A stretch of DNA of 64,000 nucleotides from Octopus sinensis (GCF_006345805.1 NC_043002.1:39184001-39248000), one strand, 5' to 3'. Shown: positions 13,480 through 26,884, counted from the first letter of the stretch. Notes: generated from the sequence alone by a model not told the origin. A program made the numbers and translations.

Positions 13480-13643
13480 ACGATGAGGATGAGGATGATG
13501 ATGGTTGTGATAGTGATATGATGATGATGATAACGACGATGATGATGGTGATGGTTGGTTGGTGGTGGTTGGTGGTGGTGGTGGAGGAGGAGCTGCTGCT
13601 ACTGGTTTAGGTTTCCTGGCGCTAGTGCTGCTAGTGCGGATGT

Positions 13644-13678
<35 letters not shown>

Positions 13679-13688
13679 CCGCTGATGC

Positions 13689-13719
<31 letters not shown>

Positions 13720-13775
13720 AGCGGTGGTGGTGGAGGTGGCAGCGGTGGTGGTAGGAGGAGGAGGAGGGGAAGGTG
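13480..13775. repeat. Compound trinucleotide low-complexity tract (GAT/GGT/AGT/GGA)
   Basis: Direct inspection; source of poly-D/S/G pseudo-ORFs. Confidence 0.95.
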
Positions 13776-13814
13776 ATGGAGAAAAAAAATTGAGGGACAG
13801 TCTCCCTCAAAATA

Positions 13815-14262
13815 CCGTAAATCCTCTATTATAGTCCGCCCTTGTGTATAATACGCGGGGGATTTTTAGGGGGATGTACCTCTGAAAAACCTAAACCTTG
13901 TGTATAATACGCACCCCTTCTCTAACTTAAGTCAAGGAGGCCTATATAACGTCCTTGGTTTGTAAAAATGTATACAGTAAAGTCCTTTATTATCATTGTA
14001 CATATAACATCATGCAAACGTGTAGCTTTTTTGAGCATTTTGTTTGCAGAAAATAAAGAAATAACAGTAATAACAGTAATAACGTTTAATAAATGTTGCT
14101 TACTGCAAGTTATGGATGATTCTTTTATGACTTCGTTGCTTTCAGGGTTAGCTTAAGGTATTTTCCTGCCCGATATTACAAAATGCGTCTGAATAAACAT
14201 TGCCGGACAGCAAATAGAGACTCGGACTGGGCACTTTTGTATATATGTATGTATGTACGTAC

Positions 14263-14293
<31 letters not shown>

Positions 14294-14733
14294 TGTATGT
14301 ATGCATGTATGTATGTAGGTATGTGTGTATGTATGTGGAGATTTGTATGTTTTATGTATATATTCTCATGCATATAGTTGCATATCTAGACATGCTCATA
14401 TATATTTAAATGATAACCTTCTGGAAAGTTTTACAGATTTTTACAATTCCAGTGATTGGATTGGAATTAGCTTTCTCCTTCCTGATTTTGAGAAGCCTAA
14501 TTTTTCAAGACTGGTATTTAGGCAGTGTGTTACATATCCCAGGACCTCAATAATTACAGCTATAAACATGAACTTGTAATCTGGATAGAGTAACTGTAGA
14601 TTTCTCAATAGTTCAGCATAGGTATTCTCTTTAGAAAATAATATTCATTTTTAACCTCGTATATAGTACACACTAGGGATTGTGACCTTTAAATTTTGGT
14701 GGGAAAATGCGGATTATACTCGAGGATTTACGG
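13815..14733. mobile_element. Non-autonomous pogo/Tigger-like DNA transposon hosting a LINE fragment
   Basis: TIRs ccgtaaatcctctattatagtccgc and (reverse complement) ccgtaaatcctcgagtataatccgc; TA flanks; subterminal repeat ccttgtgtataatacgc twice. Confidence 0.85.
14229..14632 (-). mobile_element. R4/Dong-type 3' fragment, third copy
   Basis: Reverse complement closely matches 10430-10837. Confidence 0.9.
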
Positions 14734-15083
14734 TACATCCTATCGTCTTAAAAAAATAAGTAACACGAGCGATAAAATGGTCTTGAGTGCATTGTATCGG
14801 AGAAAGGAGACAGCGTTGCTGGAACGTAATCGTAGCAAGTTTTTTTTTTTTTTTTTTTTTCACAGCTGGCTATTGTCCTCATCACCAACCACGTTGTGGC
14901 TTACACTAGTTACGTTTTAGAGTACCACCTGGTGGTACTGGAAAGTTTATTTGAACGAGCCCTAAAGAGACCTTTCTACTTTTCCTCTGTTTCTTCCTTC
15001 CTTTTTTTTTATTATTTTGATGTGTGGTTTTACAGCTAAATACCCTTCCTATCATCTATTTTCAGTTTCTATCTCCCTTAGAT

Positions 15084-15230
15084 GTGGAGGCATGTGACTT
15101 AGTGGTTAGGATGTTACACTCATGATCGTAAGATTGTGATTTCGATTCCTTGACCGGGCGATGCGTTGTGTGCTTAAGCAAAACACTTAATTTCACATCG
15201 TTTTAGTCCACTCAGCTTCAAAAACGAGTA
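15084..15230 (+). mobile_element. SINE family C head and core
   Basis: gtggaggcatgtgacttagtggttagg...gcgttgtgtgcttaagcaaaacactt. Confidence 0.75.
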
Positions 15231-15350
15231 ATATAGGGAAGTCGCAACAAGCCTGACAAGCTGGCGGTGGATGGTAGACCTTTCTTAGTAAACCAAAAGA
15301 TGGGAACTTCTGGACTAACAGACCAGAAGCCTACCTGGTGTCGGATGTTT

Positions 15351-15414
<64 letters not shown>

Positions 15415-15459
15415 CTCTCTCTCTCCCAGATCAGTCTTCAAACAATATTTATATCTCCT

Positions 15460-15651
15460 AGGTGGCGAGCTGACAGAAACGTTAGCACGCTAAGCGGTAT
15501 TTCGTCTGTCTTTACGTTCGAATTCCGCCGGAGTCGACTTTGCCTTTCATCCTTTCGGAGTCGATAAATTAAGTACCAGTTGCGTACTGGATCGATATAA
15601 TCGACTGGTCCCTCACCAAAAATTTCGGGTCTTGTGCTTAGATTAGAAAGG
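15460..15651 (+). mobile_element. SINE family D monomer (tail 1)
   Basis: 16-bp TSD aatatttatatc(t/a)cct at 15444-15459 and 15652-15667. Confidence 0.9.
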
Positions 15652-15929
15652 AATATTTATATCACCTTGGCAGTTTGTGTTGCAATCATTTATGGTCCAT
15701 CAGCTCTCTTTAGAAAGATTTAGAGAGCCGGCAGCCTTCTAGTTGTGACATATGAACAGCACATGTCAATCTACATTTTTATTATAAATCTCTTAATGTT
15801 CAAAACTTTTGGACTTTCTAAGTACTTGCATATCACGAGTAATAGTCCTCTTCCGTGATATCCCTAATAAACGTCTCAGACAATCTAATGAAAATATTCA
15901 AGCAGTCTCACATTTGATTGATGGTGGGA

Positions 15930-16040
15930 GTATGAGACATTATGGCGCAGCCGTATTGGTGCCGCCTGTTTAATATCGTTAATTCGGCGTGATTTATTTG
16001 ACAACAGATATTTTAGTATTTCCTTCGTTCTCTCCCCGCT
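15930..16040. repeat. End fragment of unclassified repeat H
   Basis: Matches the reverse complement of 27720-27815 (acattttggcacaaccgttttggtgccgcctgtttga). Confidence 0.65.
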
Positions 16041-16042
16041 TC

Positions 16043-16112
<70 letters not shown>

Positions 16113-16355
16113 ATATATATATGTGGTGTGTGTGTGTGTGTGGTGTGTGTGTGTGTGTGTGTGTGGTGTGTGTGTGTGTGTGTGGTGTATGTGTGTGTGT
16201 GCATCTTTGAGTGTTTTTATGTCAATAGGGTTCAATTAATAAATTATGATGTCTCTATCCCCCCGCTTTCTTTCTTTCTTTTTCTTTTTCTTTTACTCTC
16301 TCTTCCACTCTTTTTATCTTTATGTGTATATTTCTGCGCACTGGTGTGTGTGTAT

Positions 16356-16390
<35 letters not shown>

Positions 16391-16680
16391 TGTGTGTGTG
16401 TGTGTGTGGTGTGTGTGTGCTTGCGTGCGCGTCTGTGTATATGTGTGCGCGCACGTGCATGTCTGCCTCTAGCACCCAAAACCACTATCACTAGAACAGA
16501 CTTGAGTATCCCGTCAGCCGTGCCAATTTATCAGCCTCCAATCAGCCGCGCCCAGTCTCATTCTGATTTGATGGGTAGCCCATGTTTTTAATGCATAAAG
16601 AAGGACTACAGTCACATAAGCTTCATAAACATTCAACAGAACGCTTTATGTGAATATTTCTTTGTGACCCCACTGGAGTT

Positions 16681-16915
16681 TCTTATTTCTTTACTACCCA
16701 CAAGGGGCTAAACACAGAGGGGGGACAAACAAGGACAGACAAACGGATTAAGTAAATTATATCGACCCCAGAGCGTAACTGGTACTTTATTTATCGACCC
16801 CGAAAGGATGAACAGCAAAGTCGACCGCGGCGGAATTTGAACTCAGAAAGTAACGGCAGACGAAATATCGCTAAGCATTTCGCCCGGCGTGCTAACATTT
16901 CTGCCAGCTCACTGC
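16681..16915 (-). mobile_element. SINE family D monomer (tail 2)
   Basis: Head, core and tail ending ...gtgggtagtaaagaaataaga. Confidence 0.88.
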
Positions 16916-17229
16916 AGTTTCTGTCTTACCGAAAGCCATATTAGCTGTCTCGATTTTTTTCACCGAGCTTCCTTGTTCACAGCCGCAGACAGCTTCGTAC
17001 CAAGTACAAATATTGATTGTTCATGATAAAAATTACAAAAGCCAGATGGAACACCACTAAAATTAGATACATTTAACATGAGTTCTATCTAAGAGCAAAA
17101 ATGCGAAAATCCATTTATGAAATTCCACTGGTCATTTTTTGAATGAGCATTCAGTAGGAAGTTGATTTTTAGTTACTGTAACAAATGACTTGATTGCCGC
17201 AATTAATAAAACAAAAACAACCTACGCCT

Positions 17230-17650
<421 letters not shown>

Positions 17651-17781
17651 CCTGTACGTAACTCTAGTTATAAGTTCTGTACACTTAAAAGAAGTAGACA
17701 TGTGGAGGTCGCACCTGTACAAATACGAAAATGCATGGGTCTCACAGCATATTCACCGTATGCAGATTGCGTATACGTGTA

Positions 17782-18627
17782 CGAGGCGGGTACCCAAAAG
17801 AAACCGGAATTTTGCAATATTATTTTATTCCCTTAGTTTTACATGTTTACACTTTTATCGCCTTCAAAGCATTCTCTATTTGAAGCAAGGCATCAGTCCA
17901 GACGCGTTTTCCACTGTTCGAAGCAGTGCTGGAACTCTTGGAAAGTGATACCTTTTAACACCTCTGTGGTTATTCATGTCTTCCACTTCTGCAAGTTCCA
18001 TAGCACCAGCTTTCGTCACCAGTGATGACCTTCAGAAAAGGGTCCGGATCAACTTCCAGCTGCCCATTCAGTTTACGACACGCATTCAGTCGTGACTGCT
18101 TTTGATCTTCCGTGAGCAAGTGAAGCACAAATTTTGCTGCAATTCTTTTCGTTTGCAATTTTTCGCTCAAAATTCGTTGGCAGAAGCTCCAGGACACACC
18201 AGTCATATCAATAAGTTCGTCAGTTGTTCGGCGAAGAGCTTCCAAGATCAGTTCATGAATTTTCTTAATATTTTCATTCGTTCAGGAGTTCAACGGTTGC
18301 CCTGGATGAGGTTAGTCTTCAAGCAACAAGTGGCCATTCCTAAAGCATGAAAACCACTCGTAAACCTGTGTTTTGCTCATGGCAGCATCCTTGTAAGCTG
18401 TTTGAAGCATGACAACTGTTTGGGCCGCCGTTTTTCCGCCGCAGGAAACCGAATATCACGGAAGCACTTGACAGACTCACTACGTGACAGTACGGCTTCA
18501 CTTGACAACGCCAGTCGGCAAACTGATACCTGAGGGTCGCATCAAGTGGCTTCTAGCAGCGGAAGCCTGAGCTACAATGAGCTTGTCCCACAGAGAACCT
18601 TTCCAGTTACTTTTGGGTACCTCCTCG
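17782..18627 (-). mobile_element. Internally deleted mariner element
   Basis: TIRs cgagg(cg/ag)gtacccaaaag and TA flanks; relic GVSWSFCQRIL...RIAAKFVLHLLTEDQK...VITGDESWCYG joined directly to C-terminal KGITFQEFQHCFEQWKTR..FEGD. Confidence 0.92.
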
Positions 18628-18723
18628 TATATATGTGTAGAACTAGACAAACTTAAATCCAGGTGTATGTGTTTGCACTACTATCTGTTTATATATGCGC
18701 GTGTGTATCTGTGTGAGTGTGTA

Positions 18724-18763
<40 letters not shown>

Positions 18764-19139
18764 GTGTGTGTGTGTGCGTGCTTGTGTGTGTGCGTGTTTG
18801 TGTGTACATATTTAGCAGTGTGCCTAAGTGAGCTTAACTCTGAATGCGTACGCCTAAATATATTTGCCTGCCCGTGAGATATTTCATTCCTCGGAACATA
18901 CATGTGTATATGCATGCGTGTGTGCAAGTGCATATGTTTTTAATGTAGGAGTGTATATGTGTGTGTATACATATTTCTACACTTCGATTGTTGTATGTGT
19001 ATCCACACCCATTAAACTCATATGTGCCAATCTGTTTGTAGATATTCCCGATAATACATAAACATCATTATTCGCAGTGATTTCACTTTGGTTCTTAACA
19101 AAAAGATTTCTTCATTAAATATTTAAAACCTTAGCTTTA

Positions 19140-19354
19140 TTCTTTAACACGTTTCAGTAATTTGACTGCGGCCATACTGGAGCACCGCCTTAAAGAGTTT
19201 TAGTCAAAGAAATCGGCCCCAGGACTTATTCTTTGTAATTCTAGTACTTATTCTATCAGTTGCTTTTGCCGAACCGCTATGTTACGGGGACATAAACATA
19301 CCGACATCGGTTGTCAAGCGATGGCGGAGGGACAAACACAAACATAAAGACACT

Positions 19355-19393
<39 letters not shown>

Positions 19394-19398
19394 TATAT

Positions 19399-19495
<97 letters not shown>

Positions 19496-19693
19496 TATAA
19501 TATTATATACGACGGGCTTCTTTCAGTTTCCGTCTACCAAATCCACTCACAAGGCTTTGGTCGGCCCGAGGTTTTAGTAGAAGACATTTGCACAAGGCCC
19601 CACTGAGGGCACTGAACACGGAACCATGTTATTTCTTTATTCTGAACACGGAACCATGTGGTTGGGAAGCAAGCTTCTTACCACGCAGCCACG
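19140..19693 (-). mobile_element. SINE family B with internal (TA)n/(GATA)n
   Basis: Full-length match to other B copies. Confidence 0.88.
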
Positions 19694-19704
19694 TGACAAC
19701 TAAA

Positions 19705-20217
19705 GTAAGATCCTTGAGTCGTGGCCAAATGCTTGAACCTTTTATTGGGTGTTTATAAACGAAATCAGATAATTTTTTAGATATGAAAAGAATAGAGCAT
19801 AATGTTCTTCGAATGAATCAGTTTACTTGGCTCAGTAAATTAATGTTTATCACAGGATTTTTATTGTTTTATGGCAAACTTAATATTCAAGTGAAAGATT
19901 TGGGGAAGCCTCCTGTCGTGGCGTTTGGCTTCATCAAGTGTTTTCAGAACAAACTCATAAACTCAGCATATTTCAACGTGATTTAGAATGTAAGATCTTC
20001 AAGAACGTTTCAAGGGGGAAGAAATCTTTTGTGTTCTTAAGAAACTAGACGCAGATATGGCTGTATGGTTAAGAAGCTCGCTCTGCAAACATATGGTTTT
20101 GGGTTCAGTCCCACGATACAACACCTTAGACAAGTGTCTTTTGATACAGACCCGGGCCGACTGCTGCCTTGTAAGTTTGGTAAACGGAAACTGTGCGAAA
20201 GTCAATCATATATATGA

Positions 20218-20248
<31 letters not shown>

Positions 20249-20570
20249 GAAATTTATGAAAGAACTGTTTTAGACAACATTGAGTATGAACGCGTAGAAA
20301 TGTTCATGAATAAACATTAAAACTTTGAACTTCTGTGAATGTGGAATCGCATTTCTATTCCCGTTTCCGAACATTTTCGTGCTCTTAAAATTCTAGCGAA
20401 AGCATTCCTAATCGTTTTCTCATCAACGTATTCATGTGAAAGATTGTTCTCGAAAATAAACAGCATAGGAAAAAAAACACATACGAAGAAAAGAAACAGA
20501 ATGAACGATTAATTGGGTGCTGCCTACGGAGCATTAAGATAAACATGTTATTTCCTTCCCAGAAAACAAG
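19705..20570 (+). pseudogene. hAT transposase C-terminal relic (Charlie/GTF2IRD2-like), split by a SINE
   Basis: RSLSRGQML..FLDMKRIE..WLSKLMFIT..KLNIQ..GK..FGFIKCFQNKL, then WNRI..FRALKILAKA..FSSTYSCERLFS..KRNR (dimerisation-domain motif). Confidence 0.8.
20049..20215 (+). mobile_element. SINE family B 5' half inserted in the hAT relic
   Basis: gcagatatggctgtatggttaagaag...gggttcagtccc. Confidence 0.75.
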
Positions 20571-20848
20571 CGTCTTCTGGAACTCAGCAATAAAAATGCC
20601 ATTAAGAAAGGTTAAGGTAAACTTTTAAAATTTCCTTATCCATCTTTCATAATTAAATTTTGAAATTTCAAGTTTCATAGAATTTATGTAGTAGTTTTAT
20701 AAATATATTTAGGAAAATAGGCCGCTTAAGTATATGCTAGCACCTAAGACCAAAATGCATATGAAGTGGCATTCCCATAACAGGGTTATTAAAAATATTT
20801 AAATTTCAATAATCCTGACTAAAATCGTTCGGTATCACTGATTTAAAC

Positions 20849-20939
<91 letters not shown>

Positions 20940-21198
20940 TAGATGGATGGATGGATGGATGGATGGACGGACGGACGGACGAAACGGACAAGACGGACGG
21001 AAGGAGAGACAGACCGAGATATGTGTGCATCTGTGTCTGTGTATGTATGTATGTATGTATGCGCTTATGCACGCATGCGTGTATGTATTACATATGCATT
21101 TGTGCGTATGTAAGTTGCTAGGTAGGTGTGTATGTTTGTATGTGCTCACACACACGAGTATTTATGTGAAGACTTCGGACGGCCAACCACAAGAACGA

Positions 21199-23245
21199 CA
21201 GGGTTGCCGAAGTTAAGTATATTTGGCTTCATAGTAAAATTACTAAAGCTTCTGTGAAATTTATTAAATTGTTTTAATTTACGTGCTACATGCTCAATAA
21301 AATATTTTCAGTTTTATCGTCTCCATTACATGAAATTTTACTTTGTTGCAAAATTTTATAAGAATGTGTTTCAATTTTAATGTTTGAATGCGTTTTATAA
21401 GAGTTAAGTGCGCAAGCCTAAACTAGTTTCAAATGATATTGATTCGATGCCATGATTTCTTAAGTTGTCACTCTTAAGTGTCAGTATTCATTTTCCATTC
21501 GTGCTTTGTTTAATTGTCATAATTTTATTTAATTCATAGTATAATATGATTTCTAATTTATAATATAATTTATAATTTATAATATAATTTATATTTACCT
21601 TAATATAATGATTGAGAAAAGGAACGATAACAATAATGTTAGAAAGTAATGTTAGAACTGAAAATGAATGCGTTTGTGGAAAAGCCCGAGCTCCTTTTTG
21701 CAATATTTCAATTTAAATCATCTTTCATTGTTTCTACCTAATGCATGCTATGAATCAGAAATTGCTGGAGAAATCAAAAAGTGGCTGTACAAAAGGAGCG
21801 GTTATTTTTCGTTATATAATTGGAGAGTAACACTTGGAAATTCTTATAACACACGTAAAGAATATAAGAATATACAGAATATTAGATTTCCATTCAATAT
21901 TGATGAAAGTGCAAATATGCATCCAAAAACAACTCGTTCTAACAGTTAGATAATATGGTAGCCATATTGAAGAAAAAACTGTTAACAAAGCTTTAACTCT
22001 TGGAAAGTCAATTATTTTACAGCTCAAGGCATTTACAATTCTATAGTATTTTTTTTTCTGCTAAAATGACAACCTATTTAAAAGTACGATAGGCTGTCCA
22101 AGTGAAAATGCAAGCGTAATGTTGAGTTCAAAAAGTAGTGTTCAAAGTCTTCCGAAGTACGATATCTATTTATACAACGTTGTTTTACGTGCATCCTATG
22201 CATGTTTTGAACTTCCAACTTCATTAAAAGAGCTAACTAGAATGGTTTATTTATATTTGTTAATTAAACCGCAAAGGCGGCGGCTTGGCAGAATCGTTAG
22301 CAGAGTCGGGCAAAATGCTGAGCGTCATTTCGTCCGGCTTCCTGTTCTGAGTTCAAATTCTGCCGAAGCTGACTTTGCCTCTCAGCCTTTCTGAGTCGAT
22401 AAAATAAGCACCAGATGAACACTGGAGTTGATCTAATCGACTTACTCCATCCCCTAAAATTGCTGGCCTTTTACCAAAGTTTTAAATCTATATTTATCAA
22501 ACAATTGAAATAGATTATTTGAGTAAGCAGGATTTGAGGAAGTTATCGGAACTTGTCGGAAACAGGTTTTATGATAGTAATACTCAATAGTTAACACTTC
22601 AGTGAGTGGGTGAAAAATTACTAAATCAAGAGCAAGCATTTCGCCTTATTTTTGCTTCAGTGAAATTATATAAAATGACTTTAATAGCTACAACACTAGA
22701 AACTTGCAGTAAATCTTCTGGTATCTACAATACTAGAAGGTTAACAGAAGCCAATTATAAAAATCTACATTTGCAACTTTTATTCAACCATACGTAAATA
22801 AAATAGATTTGGAATTTCAAGCTGAGAGATTCATAATTTATAGGTTACGTAACTCCATTAACAGTAGCATAAAAGGTAGTCTGGTTAATTTGATTAAAAT
22901 AGAAATACTAAAATTTACAAGATTAACATCAGTATTTCTTCATTTCACCTCAAGTGAAATATATCATGGAATAAGAACTAAAAGTATCTTTTTAGAATAT
23001 TCTTTAAAAATCTAAACTAAAGAACATTAAGAATATCAGTTTAAGGCACTGAATTGTTATGTTAAAGCAATGTGTAAACGTTTTGCATTCTGTAGTATGT
23101 TCGCTAATTTATAATTATTTGAAGACCCAAATCCAGAAAATGCGCTTCAAAGACATCCATCTTCAATTAATCCACTGGCCATGAAATTTCTCTTGAGATA
23201 AAAAGAATGTTAAGACACCAGAATGGAATCTGGGCTGGTAACTTG
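21199..23245 (+). mobile_element. Decayed hAT (Tip100/ZNF862-like) transposon
   Basis: Candidate ends cagggttgcc and tggtaacttg; relic motifs FNIDESANM..KQLVL, AQGIYNSI, SENASVM.SSKSSV; interrupted by a SINE at 22275-22485. Confidence 0.6.
22275..22485 (+). mobile_element. SINE family D
   Basis: Head, B box and core match other copies. Confidence 0.8.
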
Positions 23246-23274
23246 ACACGAGAATAAAATTTCAGAATCAGAGA

Positions 23275-23700
23275 AATATTGATTTCAAATTTTGGCACAA
23301 CGCCAGTAATTTCGGGGAACGGGCCAAGTCGACTACGTTCCACCCCAGTGTTCTACTGATACGAAAGGATGAAAGATATAGTCGACCTCAACGGAATCTG
23401 AACCCAGAATGTAAAGACGGACAAAATACCGCTCATAATTTCGTCCGGCATGCAAACAACTCTGCCAGCTCGCAACCTCCGAATCAGAGAAATACTGGTT
23501 TCAAATTTTAGCACTAGGCCAGAAATTTCGGAGGGGTGGGTAAGTGCTCAACTAGTACCTATTTTATCGATCCGAAAAGTAAGAAAGAATAAGTCGACCT
23601 CTGTGGCATTTGAACTCAGAACATAAAGATGGATGGACTACCGCTAAACATCTTGCCCTGCGCAGTAACGATTCTGCCAGCTCGCTACCTTCAGAATCAA
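23275..23700 (-). mobile_element. Two degenerate SINE family D copies
   Basis: aaagtcgacctc..gaactcagaa..ctgccagctcgc motifs twice. Confidence 0.7.
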
Positions 23701-24664
23701 AGAAATATTTGTAATATTTAAAGTTCTCTCGTTAATTACAGCGAAATTAATAAATTTACTGCCATTACCTCACTCTTCAGTTGTTTTTCTTGATAAACAA
23801 CATGTATGCAAAGGTTCGATCTCAGCTAGTACAGAAACGCTAATTGCTCTATTATATGAAAAATAAAGTCTTTAAAAAGCACATATACGGAATGGCGACT
23901 GTTTGAAAAATTGTACGAAAATATTGGAGGAGACTAAATTGTATATCAATGAAGGAAAAAAATGAACTCAAAGAAGATGAATTTGTTATATGTTGTGAGT
24001 TTTTTTAATACGAACATTTCAAGAATTTGCGGGAAATTTAGGGAAATTATTTGGCAAAACCAAGAAAATCACCTCCAAACCTTAACCACTAGCACTGTTT
24101 TGCACCCATCATCAAACCCCCAAGACGAGTATCGAATGGTGGTATCGTTCATTACTCTGTGAATCAATAACACCGAATATGTCTGAGACGGTTGTTACAT
24201 TTTTAAGTAACATTTCCTTAAGATTATTCATCCTTTTACCAGTTAGCCAATGGCAAGTAACGTTTTGTCCTGAGATATGACTACTATAAATAGTAACGTT
24301 ATAACGACGCGCCAACAAGTAGATTGATATGTGGTCGCTTGATCTGCTAGAAATAGTGACCAAATCTGTCTCGGATTACACCCTACGGCAGTCTTAAATA
24401 AGGAATGAATGCGTTGGTGTACACCAAGCAATGTGTATGCACTGTGGCTATTAAGTTAGTGAAATTACATGTAGTTAACAGCTGTGTTAAAATGATATAA
24501 CAAAATGAGAAGATAGTGAAATAACATAACAGACAGTAAGATGCTTTGTTGTTCGCTTAGATTTTAATGCTTAACTGTATAGATAGATGAAGTAGAATAG
24601 ATAAAGAGATGTTGAGACAGATAAAGAGAGGAAGGTAGACAAGGAGAGGGAGAGAGAGACAGAC

Positions 24665-24700
<36 letters not shown>

Positions 24701-24949
24701 CTAGTTATCCTTATCACTTTCTCTACCTATACGGTTAAACATTAAAACTTAAACCAACAAACCGTCATATTATTTATTCTAATATGTTGTCATTTATTTT
24801 TATATTATTTTATCACATTGGTGGAAACAGCAAATAAGCACACTAGTCATGAGCAACCATTTTCGTGTAGCGGGCAACATGAGACATGATTCATTATCAG
24901 GCGGGACGCTCTCTTATAAAAAAAAAATTAAGATATTTCGTTAAGCTTT

Positions 24950-25330
24950 TATGTTCTGAGTTCAAATTCCGCCGAGGTCGACTTTATCTTTTATCCTTCC
25001 AAGATTGATAAAATAAGTACTAGTTGAGCAGTAGGGTCGATCCCCTTGCCTGAAAATTTCTAGCCTTGTGCCAACATTTGAAATCAGTATTTCGTTAGGC
25101 GTAAAGGTGACGATCTGGCAGAATCGTTACTGCACCGGACAAGGACAAAAATGCCTGGCTGTATTTCGTCCATCTTTACGTTCTGAGTTCAAATTCTGCC
25201 GAAGTCGACTTTGCTTTCATCCTTTCGAGGCCGATGAAATAAGTACCATTCAAGAATTGGGGTCAAGTCGATGTAATCGACTATACCCCTCTCCTCAAAA
25301 AAAGTCTGTTGGTTCCGAGCCAAAATTTGT
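24950..25330 (+). mobile_element. Two SINE family D copies
   Basis: gagttcaaattc..gtcgacttt..aagtac motifs. Confidence 0.75.
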
Positions 25331-26021
25331 AACCAATATTGGTAAAATAGAAACAAACCCTCAAATTTGCAAGGAAGGAATATAGTAGTTTATATTAACC
25401 CCAGTACTTTCCTGGTACCTTTTTTACGACCCCATTTCATACTTAAGGAGTTCAGAAATAAAGAACTAGCCAGGTACTAAGCCCCCTCTCTCATTCCCTC
25501 TATCTATCTATCTTTGTATCTCTATCTCTGTCTCTTCTTTTTCTCTCTATTTCTCTCTATCTATCTCAATCTCTATCTCTCTCTCTTACTCTCTGTTTTT
25601 CTTTCTCCCTCTCTCTCTCTTTCTCTCTGTTTTTCTCTCACCCCACCTCTCTCTCTTTTCTCTCAAGTCTCTTTGAATCTGTTACTTTTCACTGTGACAA
25701 AGTTCTTGGACCGCTCATAGAGCTTTCCCCTTTCTTCAAAAGCAATGAGGGGGGTTGAGTGAAGGGCTGGCAATCTCCTTTCATACAGACGCTGATATAC
25801 TTACTAATGAAACTGACCAAATACCTATGAACAGTACAGCACGAAGCAGAAATAACACTTTCTTATATAGGCACGAGGCCAGAAATGCTGAGGGCAGTAG
25901 TCAGTGTCATCGAACCTAGTTTTAGACTGATATTATATCTCATCGAACCCGGAGGGGTGAAAAGCAAAGTTGATCTCGGTGATATTTGAACATATAAAAC
26001 TAAAATAAATTCTTTCTACTA

Positions 26022-26398
26022 TCGGTGCAGGCATGGCTGTGTGGTAAGAAGCTTGCTTCCCAACCGCATGGCTCCGGGCTCAGTCCCATTGCGTAGCACC
26101 TTCGGCAAGAGTTTTCTAGTATAGCCTTGAGCCAACCAAAGCCTTGAGTGGAATTGGTAGATGGAAACTGAGAGAAACCCGTCGTATATGTGTGTGTATG
26201 TGTGTGTCTTTACGTTTGGGTTTGTCCCCTTGTACCGCTTGACAACCGATGTTGGTGTCTCTACGCCCTGTAGCTTAGCGGTTCGGCAAAAGATACCGAC
26301 GGGGTAAGTACCAAGCTTAACAAAATGTATGCACAGGGGTCGATTCTTCAAGGCGGTGCCCCGGCATGGACACAGTCTAATGACTGAAACAAGTAAAT
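26022..26398 (+). mobile_element. SINE family B
   Basis: Full-length; tRNA-like head, core and 3' gactgaaacaagta. Confidence 0.88.
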
Positions 26399-26419
26399 TC
26401 TTTTTTTTTAATGATCAAA

Positions 26420-26826
26420 ACAAGCATTTTTTAGCCATTAGACTGCGGCAATGCTGGGGCACTGTCTTGAAGAGTCAAGTTGAACTAATCGACCTCATTA
26501 TGTATTTTTAAGACTGGTACTGATTTAATCGGTAACTTTTACCGAATCGCTGAGTGTCGAGGATGTACATAAACCAGCACCACTGCGATGGTTAAGCGAT
26601 GGTTGAGTAGAAACACAGATACGCACGCGCACACATATGCACATGTGTGTATGTGTGTGTGTGTGTGTATGACAGGTTTTGCACAGTTTGTCAACCAAAG
26701 CCATTGACAAAGCATTAACCATCCCGTGGTTATAGTAGAAAACCCATGCCCAAGGTGCTGTGCAGTGGGACTGAACCTGAAACCACATGGTTGCCAAGCG
26801 AACTTCTTTACTACACAACCATGCCT
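26420..26826 (-). mobile_element. SINE family B, tail-to-tail with the previous copy
   Basis: Reverse-complement match. Confidence 0.8.
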
Positions 26827-26884
26827 GTTTTGCCTTTTTAAAAAGAAAAAAAAACGTTTATTGAATCGTGACAATAGGTCACAG

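Noticed and set aside
23945-24200. Possible DNA transposase remnant (KNELKEDEFVICC..TVLHP)
   Set aside because: Too degraded; the expected downstream motifs could not be recovered.
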